Source of the DNA: an uncultured Acidobacteriaceae bacterium
GTDB taxonomy: Bacteria; Acidobacteriota; Terriglobia; Terriglobales; Acidobacteriaceae
Reading direction: 5' to 3'
DNA: 64,000 nucleotides
Assembly: GCA_963732255.1 (NCBI GenBank)
Contig: CAVSYV010000008.1
Coordinates: forward strand, 42,649 to 106,648
The notes under the pieces were generated by a model, which searched no databases, was not told the DNA's origin, and saw only the letters and a list, made by a program, of their open reading frames with translations. A program made the position numbers and the translations under genes. Below, piece by piece: positions 19,851-31,808 of the stretch (the stretch's first letter is position 1; each line of letters begins with the position of its first letter).

Positions 19851-20534
19851 ATGAATCCGCTCGACAACATAATCTGGCAGGCGCTCAGCACGCGGCAAAC
19901 GGAGTTTGCGCAGTGCTTTGGCAACGCGCGGAGATTCGTGCCGGAGGTTGGCCCCTTGTCCGCGTTCGTGGAGCCTGAAGAACAAGGGTACGAATCGCTG
20001 GCGGAACTAGCCGGCCCTAAAGGTACTATCGCGCTTTTCCTCGACGCTCCCTATCAGTCGCGGGCTGGCTGGAGCGTCGTAGCTGGCGCTCCCTTGGTGC
20101 AAATGGCCTGGCGAGATGGCAGCCTCGACAAAATAGACTTCGCGAAGTTCCCCATCGTCGAGCTTGGTGCGGCCGAGTCGGCCGATATGATTGCCCTCAC
20201 AGCTCTCACCAAGCCGGGGCCGTTTGGTCCGCGTACTCATGAACTGGGAAGCTTCTTTGGGATACGCGATGAAGGAAAGTTGGTGGCGATGGCGGGCGAA
20301 CGCATGAAAGTGCCGGGATACACCGAAGTCAGTGCCGTCTGCACTCATCCCCAGCACACTGGGCACGGTTACGCAGCGGCACTCATGAGCCACGTTATAC
20401 GAGGAATCTTGGAGCGGGGCGAAATTCCCTTCCTTCACGTCCGGGGAGACAATCTCCGTGCCATCGAACTCTATGAAAGACTCGGATTTGTAGAACGAAA
20501 ATCCGGTTCCTTTGTGGTTCTGCGGCGAGAATAG
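19851..20534 (+). CDS. GNAT-family N-acetyltransferase
   Basis: C-terminal acetyl-CoA binding pattern VCTHPQHTGHGYAAALMSHV ... AIELYERLGF. Confidence 0.7.
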   Translation: MNPLDNIIWQALSTRQTEFAQCFGNARRFVPEVGPLSAFVEPEEQGYESLAELAGPKGTIALFLDAPYQSRAGWSVVAGAPLVQMAWRDGSLDKIDFAKFPIVELGAAESADMIALTALTKPGPFGPRTHELGSFFGIRDEGKLVAMAGERMKVPGYTEVSAVCTHPQHTGHGYAAALMSHVIRGILERGEIPFLHVRGDNLRAIELYERLGFVERKSGSFVVLRRE

Positions 20535-20548
20535 AGCGACGGCCTGTC

Positions 20549-21544
20549 TCAGTACAGGTGGAAATCCACCTCGAGCGCGATCTCGACGGCAACCGGATGC
20601 CCGTTTTTCATCGCCGGCTCGAAGCGCCATTTCTTTGCTGCTTCAATGGCTTTCTCGTCGAGTCCCATGCCCAGCGAATTCGCTACCCGAATATTCGTGG
20701 GCCGGCCGTTAGCATCGACCACGAGCATAAGAGTGCAGGTTCCCTGATACTTCGCCTTGCGAGCTTCCTCGGAAAATTCAGGATCGACCTGATAGATCAC
20801 GCGGGGCGCGCTCACGCCGCCGCCTACATGAAAGATTCCGCCGCCAGTTCCGCCGCCTTCGCCAGGCCCAAAACCAGGTCCAGTTCCAGATCCCACCCCA
20901 CCGCCGGAACCCGATCCAATGCCGCCGCCTGCGCCGGTTCCGTTCGAGGGCAACACCGCGCCAGACATGGGATCTCCCAGGTTGGGCATATTATTTGTCG
21001 CCAGTTTCACCTGCGGAGGAATGACAATCGTGGGCTCGACTGGAAGCTTTGGATGCTCGTTTCGCACTACCACCACGGGCGGAGTGATTTGCTGCATGGA
21101 AAACTTGGGTAGCTTACCTTTGGTGGCCTGCAGAACATCCCGATCACCGCCACCGCCACCGCCGCCGACCTGCGTTTTCGATGGTCTCAGCGTCGGCAGA
21201 TCGCCGGGATCGACCAGCGGGATCACTTTTGATTCTGCCTTCGCCGGGGCAATCATGTGGTGCCCGAGAATGGTCAGGCCGATGATGATTCCGATAATGA
21301 AGACGTGTACCGCCGTAGTCCCGGCTGCGGCATCCTTGCGATAGTTATATAAGCCCCAGATGTTTTTGACCGGCTCGGGCTTCGACTCCAGTTTCAGTGG
21401 CGGGAGCTTCTTGGGAAAAAAGAAGTCATCTAACTGGCCGAAGAGCGATTTCCACATCGGCTCTTCCAGGCTGCGGCTCGATAGGAGCAAATTCAGTTCA
21501 GGGTCGTTCCCGGGAACACTCGGATTGGTCGGTATTGGGTCCAT
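20549..21544 (-). CDS. tonB: Energy transducer TonB-family protein
   Basis: Start set at MDPIPTNPS. One TM helix (AVHVFIIGIIIGLTILG), a Gly/Pro-rich linker, and a C-terminal TonB domain (VSAPRVIYQVDPEFSEEARKAKYQGTCTLMLVVDANGRPTNIRV...GLDEKAIEAAKKWRFEPAMKNGHPV). Confidence 0.82.
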   Translation of the reverse strand: MDPIPTNPSVPGNDPELNLLLSSRSLEEPMWKSLFGQLDDFFFPKKLPPLKLESKPEPVKNIWGLYNYRKDAAAGTTAVHVFIIGIIIGLTILGHHMIAPAKAESKVIPLVDPGDLPTLRPSKTQVGGGGGGGDRDVLQATKGKLPKFSMQQITPPVVVVRNEHPKLPVEPTIVIPPQVKLATNNMPNLGDPMSGAVLPSNGTGAGGGIGSGSGGGVGSGTGPGFGPGEGGGTGGGIFHVGGGVSAPRVIYQVDPEFSEEARKAKYQGTCTLMLVVDANGRPTNIRVANSLGMGLDEKAIEAAKKWRFEPAMKNGHPVAVEIALEVDFHLY

Positions 21545-21833
21545 GACGGCTATGGTTTTACGTTGCGCAGAGACACACGGTACCAGTTTAAACAGATGAC
21601 CGGTCCGGCAACCAAGTTGCTTCGTCCTCGAGCGAAAACTAGCAGCCTGGAATGGCCCGCTTTCTGGGTCCAAAAAACGGAGCCAGCCAGCAGCCTCCCG
21701 CTAGCCAAATTGTACCTCTACCGAACCGATTTCCAACAACGATTTCCCGTTAACTCAAGAACATCCCCCGTCATTTTGCCTCTACTTCCGGCGGAACGCG
21801 AACATTAGAAGATTAGGGGCGCAAACGCTAAAT

Positions 21834-22382
21834 TCACTTTGGTGATTGCACCGCGGCAGGCGCAAGAGGGACAGACGCAAGAATAGTTTTCGCGGCGGGC
21901 GGAAGTTTGTCGGCATCGGCGACGAGCAAGCTCACCTGCCACATCTGAGTTTCCGAGAGCCGACGTCCGAATCCGGGCATGCCGGTCAACCGGATACCGT
22001 TCGCAACCTTCCAGTAACTCTCTCCCGGTTCGTCGTCAGTGACCCCTGTACCCTCCATCAGTTTGGGCGGATGAGGATATTCGCCTGCGGCGATCGCCGA
22101 CTCTGGCTGGCCCGGCAAGCCATGGCATACCGCACAATGATCGCGATAAATCTGGGCCCCGGCCACCAGATTGGTTTCGTCGGCAGCCATTGGGACTTTT
22201 CGCGGCAATTCCTTATCAATTCGTGCGTCGAGAGCCTTGTGGGCCAGCATCCTCTCGAACGGCATAGGTGGTGCGGAGGTCGCAACCGGGGCGCTGCCGC
22301 TGGCAAAATAGAAGTAAACGGACGCGGCAGCTAAAATCGCTCCCAGGATCACACCCACTATAACGGCGCTGAGTACTTTCAT
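21834..22382 (-). CDS. Membrane-anchored c-type cytochrome
   Basis: N-terminal TM anchor, a single CAVCHG haem-binding motif, and a distal Met candidate in RLTGMPGFG. Confidence 0.75.
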   Translation of the reverse strand: MKVLSAVIVGVILGAILAAASVYFYFASGSAPVATSAPPMPFERMLAHKALDARIDKELPRKVPMAADETNLVAGAQIYRDHCAVCHGLPGQPESAIAAGEYPHPPKLMEGTGVTDDEPGESYWKVANGIRLTGMPGFGRRLSETQMWQVSLLVADADKLPPAAKTILASVPLAPAAVQSPK

Positions 22383-22538
22383 TCTTGCCCTGCCTCCATA
22401 AGTGAGAAATTGAGCCGACGAATCAAAAGCGTAGCATGGTAGGTGTAATCTGGGGTAAAGAACGAATCATTTCTGGGTCTGGCGCCAGGCACCGCGCCAC
22501 AAGCCCTGCGAAGGGAGAATTCGAATAAGGAGAATGAA

Positions 22539-23054
22539 ATGCCGTCCAGGGACGAAACGGTCGAAAAACCGCAAGCCATGAGGACTGTGCCCGAGGATCT
22601 AAAAGACGTCCCCGGGATTCAGTTCGTCGACCACGTTGCCATCGCAGTAAAGCAGGGAGATCTGGAAGGACAGGTGAAAGCCTTTGAGCTGCTGGGCTTC
22701 CACGAAGTTCATCGTGAAGAAGTGCGGGGAACGGATCAGGTGCGCGAATCGCTATTACAGGTGGGAGACGGCCCCAACCTGATTCAATTGCTTGAGCCTT
22801 TGGCTCCCGCTTCTCCGGCACAGAAACTAATCGACCGCAATGGCGGGCGCGGCGGCCTGGCGCATGTGGCTTTTCGCGTGAAAAATGCACAGCAGGCCTT
22901 CGACGCCATGAAAGCCAGCGGATTCCAGCTCATCGACAAGGCTCCGCGCAAAGGTTCGCGCGGCACCACGGTTTTTTTTGTTCATCCCAAATCGAGAAGC
23001 GACAATCCGTTTGGATTTCTCATCGAGATCGTCGAAGACCCGGAAAGCAAGTGA
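22539..23054 (+). CDS. mce: Methylmalonyl-CoA epimerase (VOC/glyoxalase fold)
   Basis: VDHVAIAV...LAHVAFRV...FVHPKS...IEIVE VOC pattern. Lies immediately upstream of mutA/mutB. AAGGAG RBS. Confidence 0.8.
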   Translation: MPSRDETVEKPQAMRTVPEDLKDVPGIQFVDHVAIAVKQGDLEGQVKAFELLGFHEVHREEVRGTDQVRESLLQVGDGPNLIQLLEPLAPASPAQKLIDRNGGRGGLAHVAFRVKNAQQAFDAMKASGFQLIDKAPRKGSRGTTVFFVHPKSRSDNPFGFLIEIVEDPESK

Positions 23055-23060
23055 AGAAAA

Positions 23061-24794
23061 ATGGCCACGAATCTATTACAGGAGTTTCCTCCAGTCACGA
23101 CCGAGTCCTGGGAAGAACAGATTCGCAAAGATCTGAAGGGCGCCGACTACGCCAAGAAACTCATCTGGCAAACCGATGAAGGTCTCGCGGTCAGGCCCTA
23201 CTACAGGGCCGAGGACATTGCAGGATTGGAATATCTGGATGCCGAACCCGGCGAATTTCCTTACGTGCGCGGGACGGGGCCGACAGGTGACTGGCGCATT
23301 CGCGAAGAGGTTGATGCAGCCGATGTCGACGAGGCGGCTCGCGCGGCTGCCCATGCAGTCACGGCCGGAGCCCAAGAGATTGGATTTCTCAATGTTGCCA
23401 TCAAGAACGCTGCCGACCTGCAGACTCTTTTAGCGGCGCTGCCAAACGTCCCCATCAATTTTCAAAAAGCAGATGAGTCTCTGATTCGCCTTCTTATGCG
23501 CAATCCGGGTTCTTCACCGATATCAACAGGATGGAGTCCGTTCGCCAGCCTCGACTTCACCGCCGAGGCCGTGACCGCCGAGGCTCCCTCGCTCGTGCCC
23601 TTCACCATTCACGGCGATAATTTTGAAGAATCCGGGGCTACCGCTGTCCAGGAGGTTGGATTCTCCTTAGCGGCGGGAATCGATTTCCTGGCAGAGATGC
23701 AGGCCCGCAACATCGACATTAATCGCGCTGCCGGTTCCCTGACATTCTCTTTCTCGATTGGCTCCAATTACTTCTTTCAGATCGCCAAGCTTCGCGCCTT
23801 CCGCATGTTGTGGGCGCACGCGGTCGAAAGTTTTGGGGGAACGTCCGTGGCCGCGAAGGCGAGAATTCATGCCCGCACTTCACGCTGGAACGAAACTATT
23901 TACGATCCTCACGTCAACATCTTGCGCGCGACCACCGAAGCCATGTCTGCCGCTATCGGCGGGGCGGACTCAATTTCCGTCGCGCCCTTTGACGAGTGCT
24001 ACAAGGCGCCCGATGAAGCCAGCCGCCGGCTGGCCCGCAACACGCAGATTATTCTCCAGCGGGAAGCCCAGTTGTCGCGAGTCGCAGATCCGGGCGGAGG
24101 ATCGTACGCGCTCGAAGTTATCACCGATTTCATCGCCGGCGAGGGTTGGAAAATCATGCAGGAGGTCGAAGCCGCTGGCGGCTTCCAAAAGGCTCATGCG
24201 GAAGGGCTGATTAAGCAGGCTTTGGAGCAGTCTTGTGCTGCCCGAGACAACGCGGTTACGTCCCGGCGGCGAATCTTTACCGGGACGAACAAGTATGCCA
24301 ATCCATCCGAAGAGGCGCTGGATCGCGTCGATCCTTCGCACCAGAATTCGGGACGGCGTGGCGCGCGGATGTATGAGCAACTTCGACTCCGCACCGAACG
24401 TCACGCGGCGCGCACTGGCCAGTGTACGCGTGTGTTGCTGGCAGAGTATGGCGATCCAAAAATGCGGTCGGCCCGTTCGAGCTTTGCCGCCGATTTCTTC
24501 GCCTGCGCAGGCTTCGATACCGTGAAGCGGCAAATCGACCGTCTCGAAGAAATTGGCGACAGTGATGCCGACATTATTGTTTTATGCAGCTCCGATGCGG
24601 AATACCCAGCGCTGGCAGCGGCGTTGACGGCAAAGATGGAGGCGTTGGAGCGAAAGATTCCGCTTATTGTTGCAGGAAGCCCCGACACCACCGAGCAACT
24701 GAAAGCAACTGGTATCGCGGATTTTATTCATGCCCGCACTAATCCGATTGAATTTCTCGCGAGATGGCAGCAACGGTTGGGAATCGAGGACTAG
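23061..24794 (+). CDS. mutA: Methylmalonyl-CoA mutase small (beta) subunit
   Basis: 577 aa with mutase-fold similarity ([46 protein letters not shown]). It lacks the DxHxxG cobalamin motif, and its stop overlaps the region of the large-subunit start. Confidence 0.85.
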   Translation: MATNLLQEFPPVTTESWEEQIRKDLKGADYAKKLIWQTDEGLAVRPYYRAEDIAGLEYLDAEPGEFPYVRGTGPTGDWRIREEVDAADVDEAARAAAHAVTAGAQEIGFLNVAIKNAADLQTLLAALPNVPINFQKADESLIRLLMRNPGSSPISTGWSPFASLDFTAEAVTAEAPSLVPFTIHGDNFEESGATAVQEVGFSLAAGIDFLAEMQARNIDINRAAGSLTFSFSIGSNYFFQIAKLRAFRMLWAHAVESFGGTSVAAKARIHARTSRWNETIYDPHVNILRATTEAMSAAIGGADSISVAPFDECYKAPDEASRRLARNTQIILQREAQLSRVADPGGGSYALEVITDFIAGEGWKIMQEVEAAGGFQKAHAEGLIKQALEQSCAARDNAVTSRRRIFTGTNKYANPSEEALDRVDPSHQNSGRRGARMYEQLRLRTERHAARTGQCTRVLLAEYGDPKMRSARSSFAADFFACAGFDTVKRQIDRLEEIGDSDADIIVLCSSDAEYPALAAALTAKMEALERKIPLIVAGSPDTTEQLKATGIADFIHARTNPIEFLARWQQRLGIED

Positions 24795-24795
24795 C

Positions 24796-26952
24796 GTGCG
24801 CCCGAACTTTTCTGAAATCGATTACCGGCCCGCGATAGAACGTGAGCGTTCGCGGCCGCGCTCCGAAGAGGAAAAAAGTGAATGGCTCTCACCCGAGCAC
24901 ATTCCAATCAAGACTTTTTACACTCGTGAAGATCTGCTAGCCCTCGAACATCTCAACTATGCCGCAGGAATTCCACCCTACCTCCGCGGGCCTTACAGCA
25001 CAATGTACGTCACGCAACCCTGGACGATTCGCCAATACGCGGGCTTTTCGACGGCGGAAGAGTCGAACGCGTTTTACCGCCGCAACCTCGCCGCCGGACA
25101 AAAAGGACTTTCCGTCGCTTTCGATCTGGCCACGCACCGCGGTTACGACTCCGATCACGAGCGGGTCATTGGAGATGTGGGCAAGGCTGGCGTCGCCATC
25201 GACTCGATTCTCGACATGAAGATCCTGTTCGACCAGATTCCGCTCGACCAAATGTCGGTATCGATGACTATGAATGGCGCCGTGCTTCCCATCATGGCGT
25301 TCTACATCGTTGCCGCCGAAGAGCAAGGGATAAAACCGCAGCCGTTGAGCGGCACCATCCAGAACGACATTCTCAAAGAATTCATGGTTCGCAACACCTA
25401 CATCTATTCCCCGGAAGGCTCGATGCGGATCGTCGGCGACATCTTTCGCTACTGCGCCGGCAACATGCCGAAGTTCAACTTCATCAGTGTCAGCGGCTAC
25501 CACATGCAGGAAGCCGGTGCGACGGCCGACATCGAACTGGCATATACGCTGGCCGATGGTTTGGAGTACGTGCGCACGGGAGTAAAGGCCGGTCTCGACA
25601 TCGATACTTTTGCCCCGCGCATTTCGTTTTTCTGGGATGTTGGCATGAATCACTTCATGGAGATTGCCAAGATGCGCGCGGCACGAATGCTTTGGGCAAA
25701 GCTGGTCAAGGGTTTCAATCCGAAGAACCCTAAATCCCTGGCTCTGCGAGCGCACTCACAAACCTCGGGCTGGAGCCTGACTGCGCAGGACCCATTCAAT
25801 AACGTGGTGCGTACCTGCGTCGAGGCCATGGCCGCGGCTTTCGGGCATACGCAGTCTCTGCATACAAATGCGCTGGATGAGGCCCTGGCCCTGCCTACGG
25901 ATTTTTCCGCCCGCATCGCGCGCAACACGCAAATCTATCTTCAGGAAGAAACCAGCATCACACGCATCGTGGATCCATGGGCTGGCTCGTATTATGTCGA
26001 GCGCCTCACCCACGAACTGATGCACTCGGCATGGGCGTTGATGCAAGAGGTCGAAGCGCTCGGCGGCATGGCCAAAGCCATCGAAACTGGCATCCCCAAG
26101 ATGCGCATTGAAGAGGCTGCGGCGCGCAAGCAGGCCCGCATCGATGCCGGTCGGGATATGATCGTGGGAGTGAATGCGTATGCTTCGCCCGAAGAAACTC
26201 TGATCCCGGTGCTCGACATCGACAATGCCGCGGTCCGTGAATCACAAGTAAAGCGGCTGGAGGAATTAAAGCGCATGCGCGACAATAACTCCGTGCGCCA
26301 ATCGCTCGAAAAGCTGGAACAGTGCGCCGTGAGCGGCAGCGGAAATTTGCTGGAGTGTGCCGTGGAAGCGGCGCGCAAACGCGCCACCCTGGGCGAGATT
26401 TCTTCTACCTTGGAGAAGGTTTGGGGCCGCTACGAGGCCACTACCCGCACCATCGCCGGCGTATACTCGGCCGAAAGCGGCAGCGCCGAAGAATTCAAAA
26501 AAGCGCAGGAGATGGTCTTGGAGTTTGAAAAAGCGGAAGGCCGGCGCCCCCGTATTCTGGTGGCAAAGATGGGGCAGGATGGTCACGACCGCGGCTCCAA
26601 AGTTATCGCCACAGCCTTTGCCGATGTCGGCTTCGACGTGGACATTGGCCCGCTGTTCCAAACTCCAGGGGAAGTCGCACGCCATGCGGTCGAAAACGAT
26701 GTGCACGTGGTCGGGGTCTCTTCGCTGGCTGCGGGTCACAAAACCTTGGTTCCGCAATTGATCGATGAGTTGCGCAAGCTGGGCCGCGAGGACATCCTCG
26801 TTGTGGTCGGCGGCGTCATTCCTCCGCAGGACTACGATTTCCTGTATCAGGCTGGCGCGGTCGGAGTTTACGGAACCGGCACCGTGATTCCTGTGGCAGC
26901 GCAGCGGATTTTGGAGATTCTCAGCGGCAGCCTTGTAAGAGGACATTCCTGA
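24796..26952 (+). CDS. mutB: Methylmalonyl-CoA mutase large (alpha) subunit
   Basis: [72 protein letters not shown], and a C-terminal B12 domain [16 protein letters not shown] start placed at 24796, right after the mutA stop. Confidence 0.95.
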   Translation: MRPNFSEIDYRPAIERERSRPRSEEEKSEWLSPEHIPIKTFYTREDLLALEHLNYAAGIPPYLRGPYSTMYVTQPWTIRQYAGFSTAEESNAFYRRNLAAGQKGLSVAFDLATHRGYDSDHERVIGDVGKAGVAIDSILDMKILFDQIPLDQMSVSMTMNGAVLPIMAFYIVAAEEQGIKPQPLSGTIQNDILKEFMVRNTYIYSPEGSMRIVGDIFRYCAGNMPKFNFISVSGYHMQEAGATADIELAYTLADGLEYVRTGVKAGLDIDTFAPRISFFWDVGMNHFMEIAKMRAARMLWAKLVKGFNPKNPKSLALRAHSQTSGWSLTAQDPFNNVVRTCVEAMAAAFGHTQSLHTNALDEALALPTDFSARIARNTQIYLQEETSITRIVDPWAGSYYVERLTHELMHSAWALMQEVEALGGMAKAIETGIPKMRIEEAAARKQARIDAGRDMIVGVNAYASPEETLIPVLDIDNAAVRESQVKRLEELKRMRDNNSVRQSLEKLEQCAVSGSGNLLECAVEAARKRATLGEISSTLEKVWGRYEATTRTIAGVYSAESGSAEEFKKAQEMVLEFEKAEGRRPRILVAKMGQDGHDRGSKVIATAFADVGFDVDIGPLFQTPGEVARHAVENDVHVVGVSSLAAGHKTLVPQLIDELRKLGREDILVVVGGVIPPQDYDFLYQAGAVGVYGTGTVIPVAAQRILEILSGSLVRGHS

Positions 26953-28062
26953 TTGGCCGACCAACCGAGGAAGAGCGCGCTCCAAGTTCGCCCCGGGCGA
27001 GCAGCATCGCAGCCGCCTCGAGATCTGATAGCGCAACTCTCAAAACGCCGCCGCACTCTCTCGCACCGGGAATACGTTGATGGAATCCTCAAAGGCGACC
27101 GTAAAGTTCTGGCCCAAGCGATCACCCTGATCGAAAGCTCCCGTGCAAGCGACCGGGAGTTGGCCGAGCAGATCCTTGAAGATTGCCTTCCTCACAGCGG
27201 CAACTCGATTCGCGCCGGCATTACCGGCGTTCCGGGTGCCGGCAAAAGCACGCTGATTGAAGCGCTGGGCAGCTTGCTAATCCGCGAACATGGGCAGAAG
27301 GTTGCTGTCCTCGCCGTCGACCCAAGCAGCCAGCTTTCCGGCGGAAGCATCCTGGGCGACAAGACGCGAATGAAATCCCTCGCTGCCAACGACATGGCAT
27401 TCATCCGGCCGTCACCCTCGCGTGGATCGCTGGGAGGCGTCGCGCGACGCACCCGCGAGGCGATGCTTGTGTGTGAAGCTGCGGGTTATCAGAATGTGCT
27501 GGTCGAAACCATCGGAGTCGGGCAGTCTGAGACAGCAGTTCACGAGATGGTCGACTTTTTTCTTCTCATCGCGCTCACCGGCGCCGGAGATGAATTGCAG
27601 GGTATGAAGCGCGGAGTGATGGAATTGGCCGATCTGGTTGTGATTAACAAGGCTGACGGAGCCAATCGTGCGGCCGCGGAAAGAGCCCGCATCGACGCCC
27701 AGAACGCATTGCACTATTTTCCTGCCTCTGGCTCGGGATGGACTCCGCGAGCTCTCACTTGCTCTGCGCAGAAAGAACAAGGCATCTCCGAGCTTTGGAA
27801 CTGCGTTTTGGAGTACGTCACCATGACCAAAGCCAACGGATGGTTCACGAGCGCCCGCCGTGACCAGGCACGAAAGTGGATGCATGACATAATTGAGGAT
27901 GGACTCCTGCGTCGATTCGAATGTGATCCTGCGATTCGCAGGCAATTGGCGGCGTTTGAGGACGATGTCGCGCAGGGTCGCACGACATCTTTTCGAGCCG
28001 CGCGCACGCTACTTGAGATTTATGCGGCTTCAAGACGAGGCGAATCACAATCCGGTCATTGA
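26953..28062 (+). CDS. meaB: Methylmalonyl-CoA mutase-associated G-protein chaperone MeaB/ArgK
   Basis: LAQAITLIES, Walker A GITGVPGAGKSTLIEAL, ETIGVGQSE, INKADG. TTG start is uncertain. Confidence 0.9.
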   Translation: MADQPRKSALQVRPGRAASQPPRDLIAQLSKRRRTLSHREYVDGILKGDRKVLAQAITLIESSRASDRELAEQILEDCLPHSGNSIRAGITGVPGAGKSTLIEALGSLLIREHGQKVAVLAVDPSSQLSGGSILGDKTRMKSLAANDMAFIRPSPSRGSLGGVARRTREAMLVCEAAGYQNVLVETIGVGQSETAVHEMVDFFLLIALTGAGDELQGMKRGVMELADLVVINKADGANRAAAERARIDAQNALHYFPASGSGWTPRALTCSAQKEQGISELWNCVLEYVTMTKANGWFTSARRDQARKWMHDIIEDGLLRRFECDPAIRRQLAAFEDDVAQGRTTSFRAARTLLEIYAASRRGESQSGH

Positions 28063-28161
28063 GCCAGACAACTCTTCTTCGTCGCTTTTTCTTTACTTCG
28101 CGATTTGCTCTGATACCGTTCGCACACGCGAAGCCTCCCAGCTCAGCCGAGCTTTCGTAAA

Positions 28162-31100
28162 TTAAAAACCGGGTCCGGAAGGGTAGGCCGGCAGATCCGG
28201 AGGCCGGGGCGGCAATTTCATGGGCTGCTCCTGGATTTCCTTCATCACCAGATCAATCGCTTTTTCCAGTTGAGGATCGTGCCCTTCCCTCACCAGGTCG
28301 GGACGGTTGTCGACTTCAATGTCGGGCGCAACGCCGTGATTTTCGATCAGCCATTTGCTGTCCAAGCCATACAGCGAAAATTCTGGACGCGTAATGTAGC
28401 CCCCATCGATCAAAGGAATCTCCCCGCGAATGCCGCGGACGCCGCCCCAGGTGCGGTCTCCGATGAGCGGCCCCAGTTTGTAAACCTTGAAAAAGTAGCT
28501 GAAGAAATCGCCATCGGAAGCGGCATAGTGATTGGTGACACAAGCCATGTAGCCGTGGAACACATTGCTGGGCTCCGTGTCGGATGCCCAGTTGCGGGCC
28601 GATTCCATCCCGGCCAGCACCCGCCGCAGGCGCTCAAAAATAAGCTGGTCGACGAAACCGCCGCCGTTGTAGCGGACGTCGAAGATCATTCCTTCTTTGC
28701 GAATCTGCGGGAAATATTGCTTCACAAATTCATTGAGGCCACTCGCTCCCATGTCTGGCAGGTAAACGTAGCCAATGCGTCCCCCGCTGGCCTGGTCCAC
28801 TTTCCGCCGGTTGCTCTCGATCCAGTTCAACTCGTGCAGGCTGAACTCGCTGGGGATGGGCCGCACCACAACGTTGTGCGCTCCCTGTTCGGTGGGCTTG
28901 CTGTTGATTGAGAGCGTCGTGGTCTGGTTGACTGTATTGACAAAGAGCTCGTAAGGATCTTGCGGAACCCGCAGCGGCCGGCCATTGACCGCCAACAGAT
29001 AGTCGCCCTCTTTCACCATCACGCCCGGTTCGGTAAGCGGCGAACGCAGGTTGCGATTCCAGTTTTCTCCCGGATAGATCTTGCCCAGGCGGTACATTCC
29101 GCTCGCCGCATCCGGCTCAAAATCCGCACCCAGAAGTCCGACATTGACGGTGTCAAGGTGAGGATAGTCGCCACCGCCCACATAGGTATGCGAGTTTGAA
29201 AGCTCGCCGATCATCTCACCCAAAATGTAAGTCAGGCTCAACCGGTCAGCCACGTATGGCAGCAGCTGCGCATATTTGTCGCGCTCATGCGGCCAGTCCA
29301 CGCCGTTCATTGCCGGTTCGTAGAAATAATCCCGCTCCTGCCGCCACACTTCGTTGAAAATTTGCTTCCATTCAGCCGGAGGATCGACCTCCATGCGCAT
29401 CGCGCTGAGATTTAAAGTGCCTTCGCCAGCGTGAACCAGAGGTTTGTGCTCGTCTTGATCTGCACCCTCTTGATCGCCCTGAGGAAGCTTCACGTCTACG
29501 ATTCCGAAATTGTGCTCCTCGCCCTCGCCTTCGGCATTTTCCCCGCCGCTTTTGGGCGTGCCATAAAGAATCTTCCTGCCGTCAAATGAGAGCGCATACT
29601 CGTCGGCTCCTTCCAGAAAAATGTGATCTTTGCGATTCTTCAGATCGTAGGCATGAATTGCGGAAGGCTTGCCCGGCAATGGTCCCGACAGCCCTTGAAT
29701 GGGAGCGGAAATATAAAAAATCACATCCTTGGCCGCAGCCAGATTCTGCAGGTTCCCCGGTGGAATGGGTAACGCCACAATGCGGTTCTGAATTCCGTCG
29801 AGATCGATGCGGAAGTTTTTCAGCGGCGGCCGTGTTCCCGGCTTCTGTTCCTTTTCGTTGGCACTCTCGGTGGCATTTTTTTGTTCGCTTGTTCCAGTTT
29901 CCGGTTTCGCATTGGCTGCGGGTTTCGGTTTTTTCGTCGGCGTCTCCGGCGGCCTCTGGCCGGGAGTTTGGCCGCCTGGAGTGGGTTCCAGAAGCACATC
30001 CGGTGCTTGAGTAATTGTCACTTCATCGCTCAACACCGGAAAAGGAGAAGGTTCATCCGCGCGCAGGGTCGCGATATAAACTCCGCCCGCCTTAGGATTC
30101 GCGAACTCCATGTCATATACGCCGAGCACTTCGTTGAAGTCGCGATTGGAAAGGAAGTAAAGATATTTGCCCTCCGGATCGAAATAAGGAGCGGAGCTGT
30201 CGTTGGCATTCGGTCGTGACCGCGGTGATCTTCCGGTTGGCGAGGCTGTAAAGGTAAATCACACCGTTATGATTTTCCGCGGCTTTGGGGTACACCACCC
30301 AGTTGCTATCGGGCGACCAGTTGTAATCCGTCAGGTCCGCATATTTACCCTGATCGATCTGAACCGGCTTCTTCTCGTTGATGTCTACGTAAAAAAGACG
30401 GACGTCCTTGTCGGCGAATAACAGCTTCTTGCTGTCCGGAGCCCACACCGGAGGCAGGCGAAACATTTTGCCGTCGTAAGTGATTCGCTGCTCTGGGCCC
30501 AGGCCATCTTGTGGCGCGATGTACAGTTCGTCTTCCCCCGTGCGGTCCGACATATAGGCCACCCATCGCCCATCCGGGGACCAGGTTGCGTATTTCTCGC
30601 GAATTCCCGGGGTTCGCGTGAGATCGCGAATACTTCCCTCTTTGGCGGGCACGGTGAAAACATCGCCGCGTGCCGAAAATACCGCGCGCTTCCCATCGGG
30701 TGAAATATCGAAATCTGTAATCAGCTTGCTGACGTTGGCCCAGTGTTGGCGGGCCCACACGCGATCCCCGGGGAGGTAAATCGTGAGTTTGTGCTCCTTC
30801 TGCGTGTTCAAATCGAATAAATACAAATACCCGCCGTTTTCGAAGACGATCGCATCCGGCCCCAGGCTGGGCCAGTTCACATCGAAATCATTGAAGTGAG
30901 TAAGCTGTTTGATCTCGTGCGAAGTCAAACTGTAGCTGTAAAGATTCAGCCGGTGCTCCGGGCCGCGATCGGAATCGAAGTAAATCGTGTCGCCATGCCA
31001 CATGGGAAATGTGTCGGTCCAGTCCGTGTGCGGCATCTCCTCAATGTGATTCGCCTTCAGATCGTAGATCCAGATGCTCTGCGCCATCCCTCCGGTGTAG

Positions 31101-31678
31101 CGTTTCCACGTACGGAAGTTGCGGAAGATTCGGTTGTAGGCGATGCTGTTTCCATCCGCGGAGTAAGAAGTCAATCCACCTTTATCCAGGGGAAGCGCCT
31201 CGGGCAAACCGCCGTCGATGCCAACGCTATACAGACGGCCAAACCAGGTGTTGAATGTATCGCGGCGGCTGAGGAAGACGATGCGCTTGCTGTCGGGCGT
31301 CCAGGTGATGACTTCGTTGTGAATGCCCATGCGCTCGTTCAAATGTTCGCCGCCGGGATGAAAGGTCAGTTGCTTAGGCTCGCCGCCTTCGGCGGGCATA
31401 ATGTAGACGTTGTGGTTGCCATCGTACTGGCCGGTGAACGCGATCCATTTGCCATCGGGAGAAAATTTCCCAAACAGCTCCTGACCGGGATCGGTTGTGA
31501 TTCGCTGCGCAGTACCACCTTCGCGCGAAACCAGCCACAGGTCTCCGCCATAGCTGAAGACGATTTTGTCTTTGGACACGTCCGGGAACCGGAGCAAACG
31601 GCCTTCATTCAAACTCTGCCCCAACCCTGCGGTGGCGAGGCTCAGAAAGAAAGCGAAAAAAATCCGATGGAATCGCAT
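28162..31678 (-). pseudogene. Tricorn-type protease homologue (TolB-like propellers + PDZ + S41 peptidase), interrupted by a frameshift near 30205-30220
   Basis: N-terminal ORF (start set at MRFHRIFFAFFLSLATAGLG, 31678) has the propeller pattern LLRFPDVSKDKIVFSYGGDLWLV...SPDGKWIAF and ends at ITAVTT. The next frame continues with NANDSSAPYFDPEGKYLYFLSNRDFNEVLGVYDMEF and the S41 core (DVRYNGGGFVDQL, GDRTWGGVRG). Combined length is about 1170 aa. Confidence 0.85.
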
Positions 31679-31808
31679 AGATGTGTGCTCTTTGCGCGCC
31701 GGCTGAATGCGGCGCCCAAGAATCATGGACTCTGGAGCCATGCTTTTGCAAGCGCCGCGACAAAGTTGTGCGGCCCATGTTGTCGGCTCATATTTGCCCG
31801 GCTCAAGA

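Noticed and set aside
22383-22538. Possible cobalamin riboswitch upstream of mce-mutA-mutB-meaB
   Set aside because: I looked for a B12-box-like core and the usual conserved stems. Only a 10-bp palindrome (ctggcgccag) was found and nothing resembled the consensus. A covariance-model search would be needed to be sure.
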